Part shown: positions 25,601 through 35,636 of the stretch, piece after piece
Layout of the letters: each line of letters starts with the position of its first letter
Position numbering within the stretch: position 1 is the first letter of the stretch
Position numbers and translations under genes: made by a program
DNA from: Bugula neritina
Lineage: Eukaryota; Animalia; Bryozoa
Reading direction: 5' to 3'
Length of the DNA: 64,000 nt
Assembly (NCBI GenBank): GCA_964035545.1
Contig: OZ037768.1
Coordinates: forward strand, 2,140,741-2,204,740
Notes under the pieces: model-generated
Database searches by the model: none
What the model was told of the DNA's origin: nothing
The model's input: only the letters and a program-made list of their open reading frames with translations

Positions 25601-27469
25601 TACCCAGAACGCATCTGATCTTCTCTGTGGGAGGTGGTAGGATCCTCAGAACTAATCTGCAACCCGAACATTCTACTTGCATGGCCTTAATTATAACTCT
25701 AAGAGATTCACTGGACATAGCATCAGACTAACTCCTAAAGTTACTCGATCTTCTTGTCACACTATTCCGTCACAAGATTGCAGCAGACCAAACTTATCAC
25801 CACCTCAATCGGATATGCTGCAATATTTCTAGTTGCTGACCTTCTCAATTCTATAACAATTCTTAGAACATATGCTCAAGTGTAGAATAAACTAACCTTG
25901 CAGTTGGAAAGCAGCGTTGTATTTTCCTCAACTCTGCCTCATTGTCAAAAGTCATCAAATCCACTCCAACTTTCTGAGCATAGCGGATGTTGTTAGACTG
26001 TTTGCAAGGATTAGCATAAACAATTCTATCTGAGGAAACTCCAAGAGTCAGTACTGATTGGATCTCAGCCTATAAATCAACAGAATCACTAAACTCCAAG
26101 CTATACAATATGCTGGTGATACTACACAATATACTGGTGATACTATACAATAAGCTGGTGACACTATACGATACTCTGGTGATACTATACAATGAGCTGG
26201 TGACACTATACAATGAGCTGGTGATACTATACAATACTCTGGTGACACCATACAACATAATACGCACCAGGAGTTGTCTGCCTACCTTACTAGCACAGTC
26301 GAATCCTGTACCCAGCAATGCCAACAGATTCAGCAAAACAGGGTCACTGTTACACTTCACAGCTGTAAAATTAAGAAATATTTACTATTATAAAATGCCA
26401 TGAGGAGTTAAATAACGTTAAACCAGGATACATGTGGAGTTCCATTTGCTCACATGTTTACACTCACTAATCTTCCTAGCAGTGTTAGTGTATCTGATCA
26501 GCCATGATACTAAATCTAGGACACCCAGAGTTTGCAAGTGTGTTGTGAGAGAAACCCTACTTGTATATAATACAGCTTACATTAGTGTTTCACATTACTA
26601 AAAAAACAGGCGCATAAGGGGTTGAGATTTTGAGAAGCAATATACGTTGTAGCTCACCATAAAAAGGTTTAATTCGTGGAAAAACATTTTTCCAGATTCG
26701 GTATTTTCTGGCCACATCACCGAGGTCACACATGAAGAATGCATCCTCACTTTTCTGAAGATACAAGTCGAGTATATATATGCTATACATGTTTAGCACC
26801 AGCAATTACAATTGTGACAACGCACAGCTATACAGAATACAGCAGGTTCAATAGGTTCTAAGAGATCAGTTGGCTTCATTAAATCAATAAGCTTGCAGAT
26901 TATTTATCATGTATAATTTTAAGCTGAAGTGCTATGTAAATCTATACATTAATCAACACTGCCTTGATTGCTGCCTATATTCAGTGATGTTCAATACTTT
27001 ACAATATGTAAGCTTCAGATTTAATAGAAATGAACGAAACTTTAAACAATCTATTGAGGAATTTAAAGCCTATTAGAATACTCAAGTCCAGACTTCATAA
27101 GTAGTCTACATTTAATACTATAAGCTGTTACGGACAATGACTCGTGTAATACAACGTGCTATTATACAAAGCTATTGCTGGCTTAGCAAATCGGGATGCT
27201 AATTTGTTGACTCATGGTAATCCCGGGTGATTGCATAACAATTGCATAACGTAAGCCACATCATCATGCCTAGTAGCCACTAGCCAGATGGCCTAAATAA
27301 ACAAACAGCTTAGTATACAGCCCAGTACTCCATTATCAAGCAAATAGGGACTATGTCCACGGCCACTCACCTGGTGCACGTGCTCCTCTATCTTTCTATC
27401 TATTATTTCAGCCATGGTTAAGCCAGGCTTCACAAACGTTATGTCTCCATTCCACAACTGAGCAGTCAT
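19642..27469 (-). CDS. ODC1: ODC-A: canonical ornithine decarboxylase. Coding exons 27469-27371, 26754-26658, 26362-26286, 26069-25897, 25656-25519, 25325-25160, 20577-20331, 20244-20025, 19780-19642.
   Basis: PFYAVKCN (K69), [37 protein letters not shown] (Y323, D332), WGPTCDGLD (C360, D361), MGAYT and FNG are all present in one spliced frame. Confidence 0.93.
20650..21201 (-). repeat. 3' LTR
   Basis: Direct repeat of 24552-25103; AATAAA on the minus strand at 20780-20775. Confidence 0.97.
21261..24455 (-). CDS. Gag-protease-integrase polyprotein (1064 aa), no reverse transcriptase
   Basis: SCAN-like capsid region, two CCHC knuckles ([28 protein letters not shown]), protease RDTGC, integrase HHCC and D-D-E core ([22 protein letters not shown]), WQGPF. 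No YxDD motif. An RNase H C-terminal remnant (RWAMYLQNF...NVGADYLSR) lies in another frame at 21248-21370. Confidence 0.95.
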   Translation of the reverse strand: MALLERVTQMGKDLGLVEDKLVAFVEKNLPIVAAQEEKEKDREEKEKDREERRLEREAEKIRQENEKALMEMKIKADQEATAFKVKADQEAMALKVKADQEAMALKIKADQEAEERRQRHELDMEKLKANTSLEHSRHESTRLEIANKPKPKIPFFDEKVDEMDSYLERFEWVAEGCNWDKGDWPYHLSQYLRGTATEAYIRLSPTDRRDYKKVKEALLERFNLTQEGYRKKLREAEAYEDETPAQLFTRIESYVHKWVELSGGMDIAKLVATEQFISSCPDDLAVHLKQSSYNSSEDMCDAASLFLHARGRKLAKTKKTNTKRMENTPADSMNAEQGSKSDGACFICKDKSHIARNCPRRGKKYCSHCKMNNHNTSDCRKYGGRSVHAAAAIATTQNKTVVKDPGISSEVEEPMEITVNGKKFINAAVCKNGPKFKDGGTAIFDAEINGQPATVMRDTGCGCIVVNAKYVQPQHLTGESVYLKMADASVRDAQWALISVRSPFYNGVVKAAVMDKTICDLLIGNVDGARSADQPLENWKDCAVTTRAQAVKEKSGDKPLMIDSNANPLSIGKDEIARLQRDDPTLERFFDAKEVKEKKGCTTRFVVRNKILYREYTESKSFSVKPVKQLMVPSSLRKEVLQKAHDCIMSGHLGVKKTTDRVLSNFFWPGLNGDVVRFCQSCDICQKTVKKGSVMKVPVQETPLIDTPFKRCAIDLVGPINPPSEKGHRYILTLVDYATRYPEATPLKNIDSATVAEALLDIYSRVGIPEEVISDQGTQFISDYMKEFTRLLDMRQLPTSPYHAMANGLVEKFNGTLKSMLKKLCAKEPRQWHRFINAALFAYREVPQESTGFAPFELLYGRTVRGPMYILRQLWTKEDTADEVKTCYQHVFELRERLDDMMEMALASLKDSQKRYKHYFDKKAKQRDFKSGDKVLILLPTDGNKLLMHWQGPFNIEEKVRLNDYIINIKGKRRTYHANMLKKYFERETPTDSMTVGAVMTLDAAGAGIIDHDKEREECEDNLLDLYSNKQQSDEMGYVFTELHNQGGVNKRKGQCWSRLSKPN
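24552..25103 (-). repeat. 5' LTR
   Basis: Direct repeat of 20650-21201, followed on the minus strand by the PBS. Confidence 0.97.
26101..26256. repeat. 21-bp minisatellite in ODC-A intron
   Basis: About 7 copies of CTGGTGA(T/C)ACTATACAATNNN. Confidence 0.9.
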
Positions 27470-28189
27470 TTTTACTCTCTAATTTTCAATTTAATCAGCT
27501 AATTTTCAATAAACTAAAAATAAAAAACAGTGAAAAGATGAACATATTATTTGAACCCGAGTTTAACAGATGAATAACATGTGTTGTAGAGTGTTTCAGT
27601 TTTGTATTGTAAACTGCTACTGTGCCATCAATAGACAACCTGACGGAAATTTTGTGTTCAGAATGAATTATTAACTTTCCACAAGTTTAAGTGGTTTCAT
27701 CCCAGTTAGACACTATTTTTTATTTTGGTGTAATTACATATAGTAACATACCTATATAAATGTTGCATTGATTACTAAATAGTTATAGCTTATAATAGCT
27801 ACAATAGCTAATATAAATTATTTGGGATAATATTCATATTTTCATGAATATGTGTATGAAAAAAAGCAGTAATACATTAATAATAGATATGATCCTTAAT
27901 GGATACTTATCAACAAAATATCGTTTCAAATAACAAGTATAAAAAATGCAAAATTAATAAGTTAATGCAGATCAAAGGAATTTATTTATGTGCTAAATAA
28001 CAAGCAATTGATCCAATTTTATTTAAATATACATATATTTCAATAATATTTAAAAAATTGCACATAGAATATATATTGTACCAAAATAAATAAATAGCGG
28101 CTATCTAGGATGACACAGTTTAAGTTATGAGTTAGAAGTAGAATATGAAATGGTGGCTTGCACAAAAAGGCTGATACAGACTCAATTAG

Positions 28190-28261
28190 AAATAAGTGGT
28201 CACATAAAGAGAATAAGTGGTCACATAAAGAGAATAAGTGGTCACATAAAGAGAATAAGTA
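28190..28261. repeat. 21-bp tandem repeat (GAATAAGTGGTCACATAAAGA)x3.5
   Basis: Seen directly, in the intron just after leader exon 2 of ODC-A. Confidence 0.9.
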
Positions 28262-28312
28262 GCAGCTGTAGACTTACATGTTTAAATAGAATTCCTGTTC
28301 CTTAAGCAAATA

Positions 28313-28754
28313 TCAGCTAGGTTGCCACGGGGGTTCCTCATTCACATTCAACTTCTCACGGAACAAACAACTCTCCTCAACACTCAAATTTGCAAAGGCT
28401 TTCAAAAATACACCCTGAAATGATAGTTTATAATAATTTAAGCTGTAACTGTGAGGGGCCTCGAAGTGCGACACTGACTCTGAGCTTTTAGTTTCATAGT
28501 TATCAAATCTGACTATAACTGATTATCAATTTGATGGTTCTATTTTATTAGGAATTATTTATTTAAAAAGATGTTGAGATAGTCATAGTGATAGTTACAG
28601 TAGATCACAGTCACCAGAGTCATTGAAGACTTCAATGAAGTTGAAGAGATAATAAAATTAAATGTTCAACTAGTAAATCACTAAATGTTATACTGTAACA
28701 ATAACTTACCAATGATTTGAACCCCCTGGCACGGGTAGGTCTTAGAGAAAATAT
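28313..28754 (-). promoter_or_regulatory. Spliced non-AUG upstream ORF (uCC type) of ODC-A ending EEPPWQPS*; segments 28754-28710 and 28414-28313
   Basis: GCCACC-ATA start, TTG|GTAAGT donor at 28710, TTTCAG|GGT acceptor at 28414. Peptide: IFSLRPTRARGFKSL-GVFLKAFANLSVEESCLFREKLNVNEEPPWQPS* (48 codons). Matches the PPW(E/Q)PS* terminus of AZIN1/ODC uCCs. Confidence 0.88.
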
Positions 28755-28869
28755 GGTGGCGTAGTAAATTCCCTTTAGAAGGGAATCTGATGTTCTAAAG
28801 TGTGAAAGAGGTAAATAATTTTCTCGGCAGTCTTGACTGAAGACCGCTACCAGCTACACCCGCTGAAAA

Positions 28870-29050
28870 AAGAACTGTTGCGCGTGATTACGGCAAGTTG
28901 ATGAATCACGTTACAAAGCGTAATTAGCGGCCAATCAGATCGGCTGTAGCGTGGTCCGGCGTTACTGCGCGAATTTATCATTGAAGTAATATAACTCCTA
29001 GACAACGGAAACACAGCGTGATATTGTTGCGATTGTTACGTTGTGCCCTT
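28870..29050. promoter_or_regulatory. CpG-enriched promoter region of ODC-A (possibly shared with JMJD5)
   Basis: Local CG enrichment, GGCCAATCAG at 28929-28938, position directly upstream of the first leader exon. Confidence 0.5.
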
Positions 29051-29879
29051 TAACCTCTTGAACCAACAAATCACCACGTTCAAATCCATTTTAGCTGGTT
29101 GAAATTCGATGCTTGTAACCGTGCTTATGTATATAACATAGGTTTTACAATACAACTTGATCTATTGCACTTTTTAAAGTGTCTGTGTTTGCTAGCTTTC
29201 AACATTTTTATAAATTATAGCAGCTCGCAGGGTGAAAAAATCTAAATATTATGTCCAGTAAAAAATTAAGTGCAATTAAGCAACATGACCTCTGTAAAAA
29301 GTGGTAGGCTATTATTATACATACATAGAAATTTATGTTATTGAAGTCATGGTTAAGTCATATATATGCATAGAGCTAAGAGACTATATAAAGTTAGTTA
29401 TAATTATTGGAATGTATAAAAAACCAAACAATGAAATATATCAGTATGTTTTGTAAAAACAAAACACTATTGGTCACCTTTCACTGCAATGGATGATCCT
29501 ATCATTAATTAAACATCCCTATCCAAATTATGGCATAAACATTAACCATGCAGTCAAACTGAGCACTTAGCAACAGCTATCGATCACAAATGTAACCCTG
29601 TTTTTCTATTTGGAGTTATCTCCACAAAACATTCTGATACAGAGACGGGAATTTTGAGCTTTATTTTTTACCATATTTTCCGGTGTTTTTTTTTCATTGA
29701 AAGTTCTAACCAAAATAATAATAATCCATGAGACTGAGTATGGTAATATCCACGAGTATGATTATCGTGGCATCTTTGTATGCTGTTTATTGTTTATATT
29801 GTAATCCGCTAACTGCCAATAGACAATCACAATAGTGTACAACTTGAACTTCGTGGTTATCAAACCGTATACGGCGTAT

Positions 29880-30450
29880 AGTAATAATATTAATATTAAC
29901 AATCAATATTAATAATAAAATTAAATATAATATTAATATTAAATTGTAATTTAATTATAGTAAATAATATTAATAAGATTTATCATTTAACTTAATGAAA
30001 TTAAGCTTGTAGTTGTTACTTGTTAGTGTAACTTGTAGTTGAAGTTATTAATTGTTAGACCTACTTTTTGTGTTACTTTTAGTTTTACTTTTACTTTTGG
30101 TGTTACACTTACTGTTAGACTTGGAGTTAGTAATAGTTGTTACAGTTACACTAGCAATAACTGCTAACACTTTGACTTACTCCTGCAGCCGTAGGACTAC
30201 TATTACCTGTACTAGCACTGTAGTACTACTACTAGAAGTAGCACTGCTGCTACTACTACTACTAGTACTTGTACCACTACTAGTACTACTAGACTACTAC
30301 TAATAGTAGTACTAGTAGTACTACTAGACTATTACTATTAGTACTACTACTAGTAGTAATGGTACTATTAGTAATAATAATTAATATTGCTAGGAGTATT
30401 AGTATCACCATGACTGGCTATCAGTATCAGCATGACTATCACTATGAGTA
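29880..30450. repeat. Low-complexity TAA/TAG/TAC-rich tract
   Basis: Degenerate tri- and hexanucleotide runs in both orientations. Confidence 0.8.
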
Positions 30451-31236
30451 TTTGAAATTAAATTGTTGATTTGTATTGGATTTGATTAGAAAGAATTTAA
30501 TGGATAATTGGGTGTAACATGTTTAACAGTTTTAAATTTTGCTACTCACACATTTCAAAATATTTATGAGTTAAAAATTAATTTTATTCTACTGCAGCAT
30601 TTTGCTATAATGCATAGCTTATGTCTATTAGTCATAGCTAGAAATTACCTATTATTGTCAGTGTCATGTCACAAGGTGGCCATCTGTACTCTAGTAGTGT
30701 TGCAATAACATGTTGCATCTAAAAGTTCAAAAAGCTCTTTATAGCCATCCGATTATGCCAGCACAATAAAGGAATTTTATGAAGCAGCAAGTATGATTGT
30801 GTTTAAATTGCAGGTAAGACTGCCTGGGATGTAGGAGACTATGAAGAAGCATTCATTTCCTTTATTGATGAGACTATCAACTTTCTACAAAGAAAATCCT
30901 CTCACATCATTTCTCTGTACATATGTGGTTGTGTCTCTCAGTGTTAATATTTATTACTCAACAAGAAAGGAGCAGATTCCAATTCTTGAAAAGAGAAAAC
31001 GATACGTCACGTCTGATGCAAATGCAGCAGTGAAGCCAGATAGCTCATCTAAACAAGTTGCTGATAAATAGGTGTGCTATCTGTTGTACTCATCTTTTAT
31101 TGAAATATTAAATTTAAATTTCGTTTTTCTTGTTTTTCATTATTGGTTTATATACTGACTTTGACATTAGCCACTTAGTTGAAAGATGTATTTTCTGCCT
31201 TTAGAAAAAATGGCTCAATGCTAAAATCTGCATGCA

Positions 31237-33020
31237 ATGGAGAGAATTAGGACTAAGTTGTCAATAGCCCGGGATCCATGGGGATGTTTTGAGCAAGTCC
31301 ATCCTGTTCTTTTGTCCGACTTGAAGCGTGTAACTCGGAGTTTCGGTTTGGTTCAGTATGATCAATGCCTGGCATCTTGCCAATATGTACTTGATTACGT
31401 TTGGGAGAAATTGAATACTGGCCATTGGAAAGACATAAGTGACCAGTGGCGTCAAATATACTACTCCGTCAGCTACTACAAGTCTGTCTGTCTGTATGAA
31501 CTGCATCATCCTCTTGTGAAATGCATCAAAACCTGCGATATGGGAATCCTCATGGGGGTTAAGCCCTTAAAATGGGATCTTTGCTTGAAAGAGTTGGCAT
31601 CTACTTTGCATAAGTTGCATGAATCTACAGAACTAGTTGAAGGTGTGCACATTCCACGTGATCTTTCTAAACGTTTCATTATGTCTGCTTTATTATTCGC
31701 AATTACAAGCCAAATAATATTTAAGGAAACTGCATTTAAAGTTGTAATCATAATAGTTTATAATGAGGTTTATGAACTGTTTAACGTGGTTTCTTACTCA
31801 TCTATTAGACATACCTGCTGCTAAGATACCCAGACTAGAGCTAATCAGTCCTCCAGAAGACAAGAGCATACAGAGAGTTAGTTGCCCGAGTCTGGAGAGT
31901 TTCCGTAAGCAGTGGCTGTCTACTGGTCAGCCGGTCATACTCACTGACTGCATGCATCACTGGCCAGCACTGGGCAAGTGGAGTCTGGCCTACTTCCAGG
32001 TAGTAGTCTAAGGTCATGACCTTAGCTGCCCAGGCAGCAACACAACGCTAGCCTGGTAGAATAGTACAGCAGGTATAAGTGAAATGAAGCTAGTCTGGTA
32101 GAATAGCACAGCAGGTATGCATTACATTGCATCCAATGTGTATTTTTAGACTGTTGCTGGGTTGAGGACTGTACCTGTAGAGATAGGTTCCAGATATACA
32201 GATGATGACTGGTCACAGCAACTTCTTACCATCTCTCAGTTTATACAGCAGTATATTGTCAATGTGCGTTTGTATATCATTTTCTATGTAATGTTATGAG
32301 GGCTCTAAGTTCCAGCTTTTCCTGTAATCTTGTAACTCTACATTTAGATGCATAGTATAAATCAATAACCTACGAGCATTAATGTTACTTTTTGCATATC
32401 ACCTGCTGCCACCTATTCTCTGCCACCTGTTCTCTGCCACCTGTTTTGTGTCACCTGCTCTGTGTCACCTGCTCTGTGTCACTGGCTGTCACCTGCTCTG
32501 TGTCACTGGCTGTCACCTGCTCTGTGTCACTGGCTGTCACATACTGTCATTATTTTAGCACCAAGCTGAAGGGGCACCTGCCAGGAGGGGATACCTAGCC
32601 CAGCACCAGCTGTTTGATCAGATACCAGAGTTGAGGGATGACGTCATTGTACCCGAGTACTGCTGTCTGGGTGAGAGTCCCGACCCTGACATCAACGCCT
32701 GGTTTGGTCCTGAGGGCACCGTGTCCCCTCTGCACCAGGACCCTAAGGATAACTTGCTGTGTCAAGTGAAAGGCAGGAAGTTAGTGAAGCTCTGCCCTCC
32801 AGACATGGCGGACTGTCTGTATGCGAATGAGGGAATGTTGGCCAACACCAGCCAGGTGGATGCAGAGAGTATCGACCTGCACAAGTTCCCTTTGGCAGCG
32901 AAGGTCAGCTTTACTGAGTCAGTGCTGCACCCTGGAGAGATGCTGTTCATTCCTGCCAAGTACTGGCATCACGTGAGATCTCTTGACGTCAGCTTCTCTG
33001 TCAGCTTCTGGTGGAGCTGA
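31237..33020 (+). CDS. JMJD5: JmjC-domain protein 5 (KDM8; arginyl hydroxylase/peptidase). Exons 31237-31642, 31809-31999, 32150-32263, 32559-33020.
   Basis: [78 protein letters not shown] and terminal SFSVSFWWS. Confidence 0.95.
32398..32549. repeat. Tandem repeat (GTCACCTGCTCTGT/GTCACTGGCT) just upstream of the last JMJD5 acceptor
   Basis: Seen directly. Confidence 0.85.
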
Positions 33021-34138
33021 CGGCTGAACAATGTTCTATCTTCTTAGGCAGATTCATAAAATTACTTTAAAATAAATTAAGCTGATAGTAAAAATATAGA
33101 AGATGAGTTTAAAGTGAATCAATGAGCATGCTTTGATTCTCCCGTATTATGAAGTAATTCTGGTTCCCATCTATTTTCTCTATGATGTGATTTGTAAAAT
33201 TTGAGCTCTAGGTATTTTATAACTTTTCTTTCACATTTAAATATTGTATATACTACCAAAATGTTTTTCCTGCCCTAGCTAGCTTGTTCCAAAATTATAA
33301 ACAAACTAAAATTTTAGACTTTTTTTCGATTGGTGCTCAACTATTTGCTATATTATATAACATGTCTAATATGTTGGTCTAAATTCTAAAGTCTAGTGAC
33401 ACAATGCGATATAGTAAAATAGTTAATGCTTGATAATAAAATTTTGAAAGCATCCTCACATTACATATTTTGTTTCGTCAAAACAAGTTGATATTTCCAA
33501 AACAAATAATGTATAATATTTGTGAAGTTGTTGATACAATAGTCAGTTGAACTTATGTCTAAAAGGTTGAATTAAATACGGTTCACAAAGGCATCTTTGA
33601 AGTTGTCCTCTCTTATCCTTTTATACATGGTTTGCATGACCTAAAGGTGAAAGGTTATCTTCTAGATATGAATGTTGAAAGCAAAAGCAACACTTTGATA
33701 TTTTCTTTACAAGTAGCATGTCCTGTAAAAGAATGGCTCTTATGTGATACATTTTCATGCTTATGCCAGTAAGATAACTTTACTTTATTTCATTATCCGC
33801 AGATCAAGCTTTCCACATTTTGTTACTGTCAAACTAATATTGATATGGTAGGTAAATTTGCTCACTTTTTTAATTTATGATCATCTTATTGAGTTTTTGA
33901 AGTTGCTAAAAATGCATGCTACAAAGTTAATTGTGTTAATCATTTTGTTACTAACAAAACATTTCATTATAATGAATAATTGTTCTATCAATTAAAAATT
34001 TATAACTTTTTTTCATTTTTTTTATCTCATCAAGTCAAATGTAAATTAATAAGATATGCTGTTTATATTTAATGTTGCTATCTGATGTGGTGCACCATAT
34101 TTAGCTATTACTTATCACTTTATTATTTTACAGCTACA

Positions 34139-34993
34139 ATGGCTGAAATAGAGGCTAGCAACATAACCACACAGAGTGTAGAGAAAATCACCAAATTAGC
34201 AAAAGGACTGCCACAAATAATATCAGTAGCCGTGACTTTTTCTGTATTAGCACTTTTGATTGGAATAGTGTATGGCGTATACAGATTTTTCTGCAAAACA
34301 AGATCAAAGCGTGATGAAGATAATGTTGAAAATAAAGTGTTTTACGATCAATTTGACGTCAACTGCAGTCAAATGAACATCGAGCCTGAAGAGCACAAGT
34401 TTGTAAATCCAGCCGCCAAGATTTCGAGTGAAAGTGAGTCTTGCAGCTCTAACGTGTCATCGTCTACGACTCCGGCAAGCAGCAGCGTCAGTAAGTTAGT
34501 CAAATCTGCTCAAGGTGACAGATTTGCCGTGAGTAGAGTTAATGAACGCTCTTCCTCGCCTTCCCCACTAAAGATTAAGATACCAAAGCAGTTTGTGCAA
34601 ACTAGTGCAGCCAGCAATGCTGATGACCAGTTTGCCATCGCTCTAATAGATCACAAATCTAATACTATCCATAATCTTGACTTATCTGATTGCGTCATCG
34701 TCAACACCCAGGGTAATTCTGTCATTACGCCAACTTCAGCGCTCTTTGCACAAAAGTGGAGAGACAAAACAAGATACAGACGCGCTCGACGAGCTAGTGT
34801 TGACACCCGCATGAACCGTAACCAAGGCATCGTGCGGCAGAGTTCCTGCCCAAGTACAATGACCTCTGATGGATTGCAGAGTGAGTCACCTGGAAACAGC
34901 GACCAGTCGACTACTACCGCACCAACCACCCTCCAGAACTCAGAGTCAGGTGTGAGCCTCTCCTCAACAGATGAAACTGTTGACAGGAACTAG
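34139..34993 (+). CDS. Uncharacterised single-pass membrane protein with a Ser-rich cytoplasmic tail (single coding exon)
   Basis: Long ORF with higher GC than its flanks. ATG follows an acceptor (TTTACAG|CTACAATGG). Hydrophobic segment IISVAVTFSVLALLIGIVYGVY is followed by basic residues. Confidence 0.75.
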   Translation: MAEIEASNITTQSVEKITKLAKGLPQIISVAVTFSVLALLIGIVYGVYRFFCKTRSKRDEDNVENKVFYDQFDVNCSQMNIEPEEHKFVNPAAKISSESESCSSNVSSSTTPASSSVSKLVKSAQGDRFAVSRVNERSSSPSPLKIKIPKQFVQTSAASNADDQFAIALIDHKSNTIHNLDLSDCVIVNTQGNSVITPTSALFAQKWRDKTRYRRARRASVDTRMNRNQGIVRQSSCPSTMTSDGLQSESPGNSDQSTTTAPTTLQNSESGVSLSSTDETVDRN

Positions 34994-35636
34994 CAGTAAA
35001 TATGTTTGCCTACCTCAGTTCTTCCACGCTCTTTCTCTACCACCCTTTAACATCTTATTATATATGCATTCTTTCTACTTCTAGAATCTTCTATATTTGG
35101 AAACATGCTTTAATTTTTGTATTGATAGACATATTTGTGCAAGTCTTTGCTTTTTAAACACTACTACTGCCTTCAATCTGTGATACATGTTGGCAACACA
35201 TTTGTGTACACTTTGTTTTCAGTTCTACAGTCCCTTTTAACTACAACTTTTTGCTGCATGTAAAATGCTTTTTAGATGATCGATAGAAGTACAGTGCTAT
35301 TAGTGTTAGTAAAGGGCATTTGATATAACATGTATATACACCAATTTGGCTTTCCATCATAGAATATATAGACTATCAACTTTTATTTTATAAATTTTAT
35401 TATAAATATAGATATGTAGTTGAAATAAACGTATTGTACTCTGATAGCACATAATTACAATAATTTAAATATCATCAGTAGTTCAAAATAAAAAATAAAT
35501 TGGGTGATCAGTATTATTCAATTTACATACACAAGGCACTGCTGGTTTGTTACTATAATATATATATATATATATTTAGAATTTTCTAATGTTCCTTGCT
35601 AAATTGGAACATAATTTCAACCTACAATATGTTGTG

